A DNA stretch of 64,000 bases. Origin: Oikopleura dioica (taxonomy: Eukaryota > Animalia > Chordata). The notes under the pieces were generated by a model that saw only the letters and a list, made by a program, of their open reading frames with translations, searched no databases and was not told where the DNA came from. The stretch lies in NCBI GenBank assembly GCA_907165135.1, contig OU015566.1:6820001-6884000 (forward strand), in the 5' to 3' direction. Positions 52,235-64,000 of the stretch are shown here, one piece after another (position 1 is the first letter of the stretch; each line of letters opens with the position of its first letter). The position numbers were made by a program, and so were the translations under genes.

Positions 52235-52533
52235 ATGGCATCGCAATTAATGCCCTTGGAATTGGTCGACAAGTGTATCGGATCGAGAATTCATATCATC
52301 ATGAGAAATGACAAGGAAATCGTCGGAACCCTGCTTGGATTTGATGAGTTCGTCAATATGGTAGGTTCGTTCTTAGTAACTTGAAACTGATTGTTAAGGT
52401 GCTTGAAGATGTGACAGAATACGAGGCTACTTCCGACGGAAAGAAGATCACCAAACTCGAGCAAATCCTCCTCAACGGAAACAACATCACAATGCTTGTT
52501 CCTGGCGGAGAAGGTCCCGAAGAAACTGCCTAA
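52235..52533 (+). CDS. LSM5: U6 snRNA-associated Sm-like protein LSm5
   Basis: [51 protein letters not shown]...[25 protein letters not shown]. Confidence 0.97.
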
Positions 52534-52703
52534 ATACACCTGAACCTTCTTTCTAATTATCGCAATTATGATAACTAATTAGGTCGATTATTGCTCTCTC
52601 ACTCCTTGAAAAATATTCTTCTCCTCTTGAAATAAAACTCAAAGAATAATGACTTCAAAAAGCTCCAACTTTCGTTCTTTTTAAGAGAAGTTTTTTTCGA
52701 AAA

Positions 52704-53087
52704 ATGGCTTCTCCTATTGTTGGAGATATTGTATTGTTGAGGGAAGAGATTGCAAAGCGAAAGAAAACCATGGAAATGATCGACATAGCTCATACTCTTG
52801 CAAAGGAAGAGCAGTTGATAATAATTAACCGTAATCTAATTCATACAGAAAATGCAGATGTTGCTCAAAGAACTTTTCTCGTGAACGAGGTGAGTACGAA
52901 AAACTATTTTCAAGGATTTAATAATTTTCAATTGAAACTCAATTGAATTTAGAGTTCCGTAAGCAACTACAATGGCTTGTTTCAAAAGTACGAGGAAGCG
53001 ACCAAACAACTTGAAAAAGAAATAGAAGGTTACGAGACCGAGATTGCTTCGTTGAAAGAAGAACTGTCCTCGCTGAAGACTGTCTAA
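52704..53087 (+). CDS. Truncated, RING-less duplicate of the downstream coiled-coil/RING gene
   Basis: High nucleotide similarity to 53780-54300 with the same intron position. It has an internal deletion and terminates in a copy of the LSM5 3' end. Confidence 0.7.
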
Positions 53088-53779
53088 ATAAACCTGTACC
53101 TTCTTCCTGATTATCGCAATTATGATAAATAATTAGGTCGATTAGCGCTCTCTCACTCCTTGAAATAAAACTTAGAAAAGGACTTCAAAAAAAAACTTCA
53201 ATTTTCGCGAAGAAATGCAAATTGAATAAACTGTAATGTATTCATATATACAGTGGCTCTTGAAAGCAGGCTGTTTTTGGGCATATTGGCATGTGAAAAG
53301 TCCCTAATTGGAAATTGTGAGGTCTTAAATTTGAAATTCTAATGTTCGTAGCGCATTTCTAATCTTCCGTTTTGATAACGAGTGATCACTTTCTTCATTT
53401 CGTCGTAAGATGCAGCTTTCGTATGCAAGCAGGCAGCCATTCCGCTGAATTCTAGAGCAGAAAAGTTATACAAAGATGGAGATGAGTACTGACCTTTTCC
53501 CCAGGCGACTTCGTGGAGACCTTTGGGCTCAGAAAGCCCGGCTTTCTTGCGCAGAATTCCGGAAAAGAAGAAATCTTCCAAACGGAAATCGTTGAGGTCT
53601 GTTTGCGCTTATTTCTGGTTGAATTCGAGTAAGATTTTTCAAAAACAACATGATGTTATATTTTTATCGTCGCGTCGATCAGACATTTTTTGCTTTCGAG
53701 AAACGAAAGTTTGCACTCTCCTCAGAATTTCATTTTATTTGCGAAAAGCGCCTCGTATAACATAAAACTTTTTTGAAAA

Positions 53780-54542
53780 ATGGCTTCTCTCAGCGTTGAA
53801 GATGAAACTTATTTTGCCAATTTCAAACACCATCTTAGAAAGGAGCTCAATCTTTATGAGCTTCTGAAGGAAGCAAGAGAGAAGGGTTTTGATGAAAGCG
53901 AGCAAGTTGGTGGAAAAATTGCCGTTCTGAGGGAAGAGATTGCTAAGCGAAAGAAAACCATTGAAATGATCGAGATTGCTGATTCTATTGCAAAGGAGGA
54001 ACAGGAACTGATTACAAACCGCAATAAGATTCATGCAGAAAATGCAGATGTTACTAAGCGAACTTTCACCGTGTACGAAGTGAGTAAATATAAACTTTTA
54101 ACAAAATAAAAACTTTTAAAACTTTTTAAAAACACAAAAGTCATTCATTTTCATGATTCTATAACCTTCAATAGAGTTCCGTTACTAACTACAATGGCCT
54201 GTTTCAAAAGTACGAGGAAGCGATCAAGCAACTTGAAAAAGAAATTGAAGGTTACGAGACCGAGATTGCTTCGTTGAAAAATGAACTGTCCTTGCTGAAG
54301 AATCCGAAGAATCTATTTGCTCTAGCTTGCCAGGAACTTCAGCCATCATGTGGGATTTGCTTTGAAAAATACGACGAGGAAAAACACAAGAAGGCTGTTA
54401 TAACAAAGTGTGGCCATACATTTGGACGACCTTGTCTCATGAAGCTCAAAGAGATCTACGTTGGGAACGGTAGATACTCAAAAAATGCCCCAAATGCAAA
54501 GAAAACTTCTCCTCCGATCAGGCTATCAATATTTTTGACTAA
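53780..54542 (+). CDS. Coiled-coil + RING protein (RFWD3-like RING; 1-nt frameshift in an A-run before the final CxxC)
   Basis: CGICFEKY...VITKCGHTFGRPCLMKL, with CPKC in an adjacent frame after TCAAAAAATGCCCC. Confidence 0.75.
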
Positions 54543-54779
54543 TTTTGTGTGATTTTTAAGGTAAGCATCTCAAATTTGATGATAATAAGTTTTTCAGATA
54601 TAAAGATCCAGTCAACTCACAAAAAACAGCGAGGAACTCAAAGCCATATTTTCATCGAATGTCAATTAAATTATCAACCAAACCATCACTCTATTTTGCT
54701 AACCCTGTTTCGCCTACCCGACTGTCGGGTCCCGACAACAGCTCTAACATGTTATTACCATAAATTCAACCATGTCCTG

Positions 54780-56510
54780 CTGCGTCGTTTATCTTTCTTG
54801 CAGAACTTGCATGCATTCCCACGCATTGTCCATTGCAATATTTCGGCACTCTATGCGAGCTCGGCCATTGATCCGCCCAAACATAATATTTTCCAACGTA
54901 AGAAACGGCATAGTTGTAGATTGGATAGCCTCAATTCGATTTCATCTGCGATAAAGACAGAAAAAATCTACCTTTCATGCAAACAATGTCCGATTCTTCA
55001 GTAAACATTCGATCCAGCAGGTCAAAACGCACGAATGTATCATCATCAATCTTTCAAAATTGGTCTCGGAGCTTTCAAATTTACGGAAATTCGAATCAAA
55101 CTTCGTTGACCCTTTCATAAAGAACTTGTCCATCATAATTTGGACAGCGCTGTGCCAAGAACTGATAACCAAGACGTGTTTTGAGCGGCAGATTTTCATA
55201 ATTATCCAGAAAATCGCCAATTACGAGATCGTCGTTTTCAAATGCTTCTCGTTGGAGCTCATCCTCGACCTGCGCGTAGAATTGTCTTTGTTCATTGAAA
55301 GGGATGAAGCGGCCAGAATTGTAAAATGCAAAGCCACTTGACATTCAGTTAAACTTGGTTCATCCCCGCTCTAAATTCATGCCATCGGACAAAGGCGGCC
55401 CGCTACCGAGCAGAAAATACAGATTAACGTCGCCTCACTAGGGTTAAACGGTTTAAGTCGCAACTGCGGCTCTTCTGAGGTGTTTGTTTGTTCTTGACTG
55501 ACCTCAGCGATTATTCTCTCTTGCGAAATTAAAATAGAAGGGGTCTTCTTCTTTAGAAGAGGAATTTTTATGCAAAAACGAGGCCAAGAATTAAGAAATT
55601 TTGATAACTCGGCATTTAGAATCCATTTTCAAATCGCTTGCTGGTGTTTTGCGCACTGCGGACATCTGATAATAACTGGGTAGGGCCAAGATGGCAAGCC
55701 CGCTTATCGCTGAATTTTACACATTCCGTTCAACCCTAAAGCCTTTGGGAAGCAACATTCCCGCATACTCCCGAATCGCATCTCGATTTGTCTAAATAAA
55801 CAGGTTCTCCATTTTTTCTTCTTTTCTACAAAAGTAACTCCCGAAAAATTACCGAAAAAGCGTTTCCTCAGAACTTGGGCGGTAAATTGACAATTGCCAC
55901 CTTTAATTCATTTGCAATGACCCCTTTTTTCTTCCGGAGTCAAAAATATTTAGACCCAAGTATTTTCACAATAGACACACGTTACATAAAAACGCGCCAG
56001 AATTTGTTTTACATAACAATTGTTGTTTAAAAACTCAACAATTCCAATCTACGGGAGAGCCTGTTTCTTGAATCTACTGACAGCATCGCCAATTTTCCTC
56101 GATGTTTTGACGAAGACGACGATTTTCGCTCCTTCGCACTTCTTTTCCGGCTCCTTCAATAATTTTATCTAAAAAGAATTTTTTTGGAAAAGCAATTTCT
56201 ATTTTGAAACCTCGTCTTGGATGTAATTTTCGGCGTAAATATCCGGAAGTGCGTCAATTTTAGAACTTGGATCTAAATTTAGTCCTTCAACGTCGTAAAG
56301 AGACTAAAATAACGAATTACGCAAAGATATTCTTATTTGAATAGTCTTACTTTCAGACTTTTCGACTGAATCGCTCGAAGATTGAAGGAATTGACTTCGT
56401 TGATTTCGGAGAAGGTTTTCGTTTCGGGTCGATTTTTGTTTGAAAAGGCTTAGATTTGGGTACGAAGAATAAAATAAATGGTGATGAACTTGATCCGCGG
56501 AAGGAGCAAC
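54780..56510 (-). CDS. GT31-family (beta-1,3-galactosyl/GlcNAc-transferase-like) gene; both ends uncertain
   Basis: KCEGAKIVVFVKTS; EAFENDDLVIGDFLDNYENLPLKT; CPNYDGQVLY/IDDDTFVRFDLL (DxD motif); GKYYVWADQWP...PKYCNGQC. Confidence 0.65.
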
Positions 56511-58260
56511 CTGACCGGAGCCTGTTTATTGACAGAAACGTATTACTTTGGAGAACTTTTTATCACGCTCAAAATGACCCGTGGTTAACCTATGCGATTA
56601 TGGAACCGCACATGTTTGGCTAGGAACATCCGTTCGTACCCCAAAACAAGGAGGAATGTCGAGAAGCAGTGGGGGAATGCAGGCAGCAATTTGTTTTCTT
56701 CGCGCGAGGCATTATCAAGCCTGAATTTCAAAGAATAAAAAAAAAGTTCTTGCCTCCGGAATTTTCGTTCGAAAACAAAAACGAATCCACCTTACCTGAA
56801 TTGGTAAAAGAGGCGTTGATCATTTTCCATCTCCTTTTTGATCTCCAAAAGAAGCTCTTTCGCCACGATCAAATGACTAAAGAAGAGAGAAAAACGTGAG
56901 CTACTTCCGTCTCTGGGAAAATTACCTGAGTGCGGCAAAGACTAGAACCTCCAAATCATCCTCTTTGCGCACTAAAACGTGTTCACCTAATCCAGCCAAG
57001 TCCAGCGCTTCGCAGTGCTTCTACTGTAAGTTCGAAAGAAGAAATTCTATTTTTCTTGCTGAGTCGAACTTTTCCTTATGAAATGATCCCTTGGTTCTGA
57101 GAACAGAGGAGAATTAAATGCGCTGGATCGTGAAAATACCAAACAGCGGTGGGTCGCTTATCGGCTTAGTAATTACCTGAGATTACTGATTAGGATGTCG
57201 GAGCCTCGATTACGAGTAAGCTCTTCAATCTCGTCCAAGTGCCCCATTAGACTCGTCGGCTTCTGTCGAATAGAGTCAAGAGAAGTTTCTTTTTAGAAAA
57301 TCCGAAATTGCTTTTTAGAATTTTATCGTTCTCCTGATATTATCCTTAAGGATACTACATTCGGAAAAAACGGCTCTGACAGATTAAAGATCTTAGTTAG
57401 ATCTACCTATAGACCCCATATGATAAGCTCCAGCATTTACAGGTTCGGAGTTATTCAAACCTAAAACTCGGGAAATCGAAGGTAGTACCCTTAACCTTCA
57501 ATGAGGTTAGGGTTAAGACCTATAAATTAACCCTAACCCTAAAGCCTTGCTTTAGTTCTTACCCAAGAAGAAAATTGAAAAAATAAAGACCAATTTTTCT
57601 TAAAAAAAACTTCGCTTGACTCTACTGTAAAATGTAAATGTACTCTTCCCACGTGATCAAGAAAGGAATGCAAACATAAATTGATTGAAAGATCACGTGT
57701 CCGCATTTTAGAACTCAAAGGGTTGACATTCAATTGAGACAAACGAGATGAACCGCGGTCGGCGATTTCACAATCCCGTTGCCCGGAAGCGCCTTTTCCA
57801 AATTTAAACTTATTCGATCAATTTTCCAGCGCTTCGGTCTTGATTGTCTTGCAAAAAAAAAGAAGCAACAGCAAAGCAATGTCAACCCTTGACTTAGCTA
57901 CATCGTGCATGCGTTCAAACAGCTCATCCGACCAGAGGACGTTTTCAAAGTGCCTGCCAAGCAGAATGTCTCTGTTTCAAAGAGATAGGCAAATCTACAC
58001 AGCCCCGCCCTGCCGAGAATGAATGGCCCATCCCAAAACCTGAATTGATCTTCAAAGCCAACGTTGGTTTCGCCATCACGTGACTCCTTTGCACTGGATC
58101 ATCGAAACGTTACAGACAGAACTAAGCTCATTTCAAATCAGCCCTTGACCTTTTGAGAGCTAAATCGCTCTGATCCCATTTTCCTTCACGACGAACACGT
58201 GCACGATTTCGACAGATGGGTACTTTGAGCGTGTTCAAAAAGCTTTAGGGGCTTGGGAAA

Positions 58261-58362
58261 AATCGAGAAGCCGCTTGCGGCTTCGAGTCAAAAATTATTG
58301 AAGCCGCGCCTAGCGCGGCTTTTGGCATTTTAAAGCTCGAAGCCGCAAGCGGCTTCTCGATT
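58261..58362. repeat. Palindromic MITE-like repeat (GAAGCCGC-N2-GCGGCTTC family)
   Basis: Perfect 27-bp terminal IR AATCGAGAAGCCGCTTGCGGCTTCGAG. Related copies lie at about 61350-61550, 46518-46560 and 30394-30416. Confidence 0.8.
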
Positions 58363-61349
58363 CTATTATTATTTCGGAAAAAGAGATTTTCGATGGCTAC
58401 CCCCTTAAATTTTAGGAAAGTTTGAACACGCAGCTTGATGGCCAAACGTCTATAATTTTGGCGATGAGCCATCCTTATATCTTGATCCAGCTCATCGTAC
58501 CCTTATCGATGGTTGTTGAGAGTCCCTCGTGATGGTACTCAATTTGGCATATAAATTATCAAGTCCACGTAAACTTGGAGATGACGTGAGTGGCCTCTCA
58601 GTTTTCGCATCTCAAATCAGTGTCTATTTTCAAGTATCCATTGGATAACAACAAGAACCGTCCCTACCAGCGGGTTTGAAGCTATTTCTTTAGAAATTCT
58701 TCACGAAAGAATTTCCAACCCGATTTCCTAATGCTGTCATTTGGTGCACGACTCCAATCTTGATCTTCTTTGGACTCCTACAGAAAAATGAAAATTTCAT
58801 TGTTATTTGGATTGTGGTCGCTCACTTCTGATCAATTAGACGTGGCGGCTTTCGCTTTGCCTAAATTTTGCTTTTCGTGATATTTATGATAACGAATTCA
58901 AACCTCGAATGCGGCGTTTGTTTTGATTTGAGCTCGAGGAAAAGGTTGATTTTAGAGACTTAGGAACACGTTTTCTTCTGTGCAAAACTACTTTCGAAAC
59001 GACCTTACCCTTTAAAAATACAATCTACATCCCTAACTTATTATAAGACCACCCAAGTCAAGGCTGCTTTTAAAATTACTGCCATCTGTTGAATTATATA
59101 AAATCTTTTCTTATTCTAGCTGTTACGGAATAAGGCCCTACCCAGCTTATTTCTTATTCCCCCGAAATTTTATTTACGTCCGCTTGTATACAAAATTATG
59201 ATCTAAAAGCGCCCCTTTACCAAAAAAAAGCAAAAGGCCTCAACCGTTAAAATTAACCGTTCCTTTTATCATGTTCAAATTAATGTAAAACACGGCCAGA
59301 TTTACTAGCAATATCAAGCATCTTCTCAGGACTCAAGAAATTTTCTTTTTCTCTAATAGTAATAAGCAGGTTCAACCAAGTTCTCTTGATTTTTGAGCCC
59401 TTGAATGAGCAGTTTTTGTGGAAAATGAGCAAATTTCATCGTTTCTTCCTCTGGTTATTGGGGTTAAAATGGAATGAAATTATTTTTTATGGAATAAATC
59501 AGTTAGACGTTTGAAAGTCTAAGGAGCATGCATCATAATTCGCGCTGCTGCGAGTCAATGACCTTCGCAAACAATGGTCCATCAGGAGGAACCGTTTCAA
59601 GTAAAAATATGATTTTGGAAAAAAAAATAATGAAAAAAGGGAACAATGAGATGAAAAGCTTTGTTGAAGCGCCAAAAAGACTGATGAAGAGTATCGATGA
59701 TGATTTAGCAGAACAAGATGGTCGGGGTGCTCGTTATTTTGGGAAGTCTCTGTGGAATTGTAGGAGAATGTCGATAGTTTCCGAGTTGATCTTCAAGAGC
59801 CGGGAAGCCTTTCTTACAATTTTTATTCAAGATAAGCGCCATCAGGCTCTTGCCAGATCAAACGTCGGAAAATTGTAGCTCTCCGTCGTAGCTGTCCCTA
59901 AAAATTTTCTGAATTTTTGATTTTAGGTACCATTTATGGTGCCTTCTCTGTCGTCGAATTTCCAGAATTACTGTTGAGGCCATCTGAAGCAAGGCAGAAG
60001 GGTCGTGTTCTTTCGTCTTCATTGAAAGACCTTCTGCCATTGCTACAATTTACCTAAACAGCAATTTGGTGCGAAACGGGTTGATGACGGCAAAATCGGT
60101 AAAAATCTCGTATTTCTTGCTAAATTCTCTCTTATGGTCTCTTTGAGGGAAATTTGTCGATTGGAGCTGAAATTTCTTTTCCTGAACACCTTCTCGCTTC
60201 TTTATGGGAAATTTTTAGAGAAACGAAAATGGTATTCAAGATAAAATTTCAGCTTATGATTCAATTTTCTTGAAGGTATACATAATTATTAGAACATGAT
60301 AGAACTAATGATAAAATTTATACTAGTTTATTCTTCACTCAAGTTATGGTTTATTTTGAAAATCAGCTTTCTGAGGGTAAAGTTGGTCCGCGCAGCTTTC
60401 CCTCGCAGCTTTCATCAAGAAATTCAAAACCGAAATTTCTAGCGCCTAAAAATTTTGATGTTAAAAAAAGTCTCTAGAACTTGTTTTGCTTCCCATCAAA
60501 ATTCAAAATTTTTTTGTTCAGTCGACGTTTGGCTCAGTTTATACGGTAAGTCGGTTGGGAAAACAGCTTTTTCGATTTTTGCCATCACCGTAATTGATAA
60601 AAAGTAAAAGTACAGAACTCCGATAATTTATTTTAATACCAAATTCCTCGTTCCACGTTAAATTGATTGGATTTTTTTGCACGAGTAGCCAAAAGAATTT
60701 TTACACCAGGCACTTTCGGGCACGTGCGACTTTTGGCACCGCAAATGGGCGCATTTGAATTTTAGACAAAGGTTGAATTTAACATTTGAGAATGTTAAAT
60801 TCGAAACCTCGGCGGATCAGACTTCGAATTTTTGGCTTTCAGACGCGATTTTGGGGAAAAAGTTTATTCTGAAATCGGCTAGAAATTAAAGCCCAGAGTT
60901 CTTGAGCCCAATTTTAAGTAAAACGCGATTTTCCAATTTCCTTGAACCAAATAGTCTAAACCCTTAATTAGGCCACGCCCAGCTAGAAATCGCGAATTCA
61001 ATTAATTTCTCCACGAATTCGTTTATAAAAATTTAAAAAAGGCGGTGTCTGTTTTGAGCACCTTAGCCCGCACGTTCGTGTTTTGAAAATGTACGAATTT
61101 TGGCCCTCAATTTGGCGTAAAACGCGAGCATAAATATTTGATATCTTTAATCGTTAATTTTATTCCCTTCTCGGTTATCGCGCGAAATATTTTGCTAGGA
61201 ACCAAAGTGAAAAAAAAAACGGGCGAACTAAGTGCTAGATTTATTCATAACTAGGAGGAGCTACATTTCGATCGTTTTAATAAACATAGAGTTATTAACA
61301 GCTTTTGGTGAACTTAGGAGAAAATCAAGAATCCAATGCAGCATTGGCA

Positions 61350-61550
61350 ATGCTTCTTGCGGCTTTGAGTAATCAAAAAGTAGCCGCGGTTTTGTGCGGC
61401 TTTTCTATTGTATAACTCAAAGCCGCAAGTCCCCAAATAGGAAATCGAGAAGCCGCGGCTTCTTGCGGCCTTGAGTAATCAAATAAAATAGCCGCGCTTT
61501 GCGCGGCTTTTTCATTTTTGACTCGAAGCCGCAAGCGGCTTCTCGATTTT
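61350..61550. repeat. Second, more degenerate copy of the GAAGCCGC palindromic family
   Basis: Several AGCCGC/GCGGCT mini-hairpins, ending in CTCGAAGCCGCAAGCGGCTTCTCGATT, identical to 58336-58362. Confidence 0.75.
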
Positions 61551-62044
61551 AAGACTTTTCAAAAACGAGCGAAATCATAATGATACCGGCATCTTTGGAG
61601 AAATTTCGAGGAAAAATTGAAGCTTTGATAACTCTTATTTTAGTTTTCAGGGTTGAGAAGATCCCGGACGAATGGAGAGCCAGTATGTTTATCAGAAGAA
61701 GCGTGCTGACTTCGGTCGGCATCCACTGTTCTTGTAAGTACTACATTATCATTTCATCATTACTATTATAGAGATTTATATCTCGTTTTGATAAAAGCGC
61801 ATAATCCCGCCTGACAAGTTATTTTCTAAAATAGCGCTCGTCTAAAACAGGAAGCCACAATCTGTATTAGCTTAGGCGATTACGCAAGTTACTGAGCGGC
61901 AAAAAAACACGACGCGCAAAGCCTTCCGTTCCATTCGTTTAAAATCCCTTCCTTGTTTTAATTAACATGTAATAACGACAATCAAAGGAGGATTTTGAAC
62001 GGATGAAACGGAGGAAATTAAGCTGTAACAATTTTACGCCTTAA

Positions 62045-62559
62045 GGGTGTCAACATTGATTTTTGCATTTTTTCTGTTGACACCCTTAAAAATTAAAAAT
62101 TGAATTAAAGTGACCTTTTTTATAACGAATCATCTTCAACAGTTCATGAGATCTCAATTTGAGACTTTCATTATTGACATAAATTGACCAGACGCTGACT
62201 TTACTTCAGACATTTTAATCGTTTTCTGATTGCGCTACATTTTGCGTGCGTTTAGCCCATCCACGTCTTGCAATTTGTCGATTTGAATAATTTTATTGAA
62301 AGCTTTGCGATCAGACTACTGATTGATCGAGGCGATTAACATGTTCTTTTCTAGCGACCGAATGGCCGAAATCCAAGTGGACATAGATCACAATGAAGAT
62401 GATCGAGACGTAAGTACCAAGCTCTTCAGATCTTGAGACTTTTAACTAAGTGGGCTTATTAGTAATTATCAAGAAACGCGGCTATTTTAAGTGCACCAAA
62501 GAGGAATTTTTACTATAGAAACCTTCGAGCGAAGTGGGTGAAAAACCTTGTTGACACCC
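62045..62559. mobile_element. TTAA-flanked MITE with GGGTGTCAACA termini (Kolobok-like end structure)
   Basis: TTAA|GGGTGTCAACA at 62041-62055; TGTTGACACCC|TTAA at 62075-62089 and again at 62549-62563. Confidence 0.65.
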
Positions 62560-62757
62560 TTAAAAATGTCATCTGATATGAAATCGCAGAATAATCAACC
62601 CCTCAAAAGCGTGACAAAGAGTCCCAGAATCAACTAGTGCCACCAAAACCGGATCATGACTCGTTCCAAAATTGGCTTAGTTCCGCATATGTGGATCAAT
62701 CGAAATCAACGTAAAAACGGTTCTTCGTTTCTTTCGCTCAGCATAACTGAATGGCTG

Positions 62758-64000
62758 CTCCCGCATTTCCCAAAATCCTGGATTTCCCAAATCCTGGATT
62801 TCTCAAAATCCTGAATTTCTCAAATCGCCAAATCAGGATTCTGCCGATTCTGGATTTTGGGAAATGCAGGATTTTTATTTCTTTTGAATTAGCAAAGCAA
62901 GAAACTTGCTTGGTTTAAAAATCCAACCCAGATTCTTCTTAGTCAGAATCTTCCGCGCTGAAAAATCCCTTCCGAATAATTTGTCACCTCCAAAAAAAGT
63001 CGCGCCTCCTAATCCCTGCGAAAACAATCGGTTGAAAGTCGGTTTTTGAACTTGGAAGTTCCAAAATAGATTTAGTTGTTGTTACAGGCACGACCCAAAA
63101 GAATGTACATTTTGGTGGAACTTGAAAACAAAATTTATCAAAGGATTTTTTAATTGGGCCGAACCAAAATAAGGAAGTAATAAGCTAGGAAGTGACAGCG
63201 TAGGAGCGAACAAGAAAGTATCATACACGAAAGGATCAAATAAGAAAGTATCATACATGAAAGTATCAAATTAAATAGGATCATGCATTAAAGGATCGAA
63301 TTTTTTTGGAACCAATAAGATTGCCGTATAAGGCCTACCGGCCTATAAGAAACCCATCCTCAATCATTTTCAAATGTATGCCCGATCCAATCTTGCACGA
63401 TACTGGCTTGGATCTTCCATTATAATTTGATCCTTTCGTGTATGATACTTTCTTGTTCGCTCCTACGCTGTCACTTCCTAGCTTATTACTTCCCTATTTT
63501 AGTTCGTGCCTTTTAATTCCCTGGAGACATCAGTTATTTGCCAATTTCATATATTGCTAGATGTAATGGTAGAAAAATAAACCCTTTGATTGCCCTTTTA
63601 AAACTGCAAATATGAAACAGATTTAGAATCGCCAGATCGGCGATCATTTTGGTACCGAAGTCGTCTGAATCGGACAAGATTTTCGATCAATAATGAGAAT
63701 CTGAAGTCCCAAAATATGCGCTAGAAATTTTCGAGCGCCCGGAAAGGGATGAACACTCCATCCAGTCATTTAACCCATAGTCTCAGTTTGTAGAACAGCT
63801 TCTATTCTACCAGAATCAATTCACAGAAGTTGTGAACAAAGACTCTAGTAAGAACCAGAGCCGAAAGAAGCCCAAACATTCTATTTTAGTTTTGACAGAT
63901 AGAGAAAAACAACTGTTTTCGACGAAATTTCAGCTGAATCCTGCATTTCTAAAAATCCTGCTTTTCCCAATCCTGCATTTCCCAAAATCCAGAATCGGCA
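62758..64000. repeat. Foldback-type element with modular AAATCCTG/CAGGATTT subrepeats; right arm runs off the window
   Basis: TGCCGATTCTGGATTTTGGGAAATGCAGGATT (about 62842-62873) is the exact reverse complement of the last 32 nt of the window. Confidence 0.7.
63156..63510. mobile_element. About 355-bp MITE with long (about 90 bp) TIRs nested in the foldback element
   Basis: GGAAGTAATAAGCTAGGAAGTGACAGCGTAGGAGCGAACAAGAAAGTATCATACACGAAAGGATCAAA has its exact reverse complement at about 63427-63493. Confidence 0.8.

Noticed and set aside
59528-60040. Overlapping ORFs on both strands that look partly coding
   Set aside because: I could not assemble a stop-free spliced product or recognise a family. 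It may be a decayed gene but is unsupported.

Overview
Gene-dense eukaryotic DNA with many 40-50 nt introns, GA/GC/GG splice donors and tightly packed same-strand genes. It is most consistent with the larvacean tunicate Oikopleura dioica; this is an inference, no search was run. Genes from left to right: an L27 + multi-PDZ scaffold (MPDZ/PATJ family, runs off the left end), MED18, three S100-like genes plus a relic exon, a secreted PqaA/AprA-family hydrolase, midnolin, two tandem LIV-1-type ZIP (SLC39) genes, a coiled-coil/RING gene, a kinesin-6, SLC25A21 with an intronic head-to-head tRNA-Glu(CTC) pair, an mL48-like gene, another RING gene, an operon-like run (orphan, COQ2, LSM5, a RING-less duplicate, RING), a GT31 glycosyltransferase, then about 7 kb of MITE/foldback repeats. 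Main result: a complete 7,121-bp Mutator-like element (28841-35961, 9-bp TSD, TIRs that are themselves hairpins) splits ZIP copy A inside a coding exon. It carries a DDE transposase interrupted by a decayed, intron-containing acyl-CoA synthetase fragment, plus a second accessory gene. Second result: both ZIP copies have lost or charge-reversed the canonical TM4/TM5 metal ligands and gained a 4-Cys extracellular loop. Exon structures were derived by eye and are approximate. Two single-base frameshifts fall in homopolymers and may be assembly errors.
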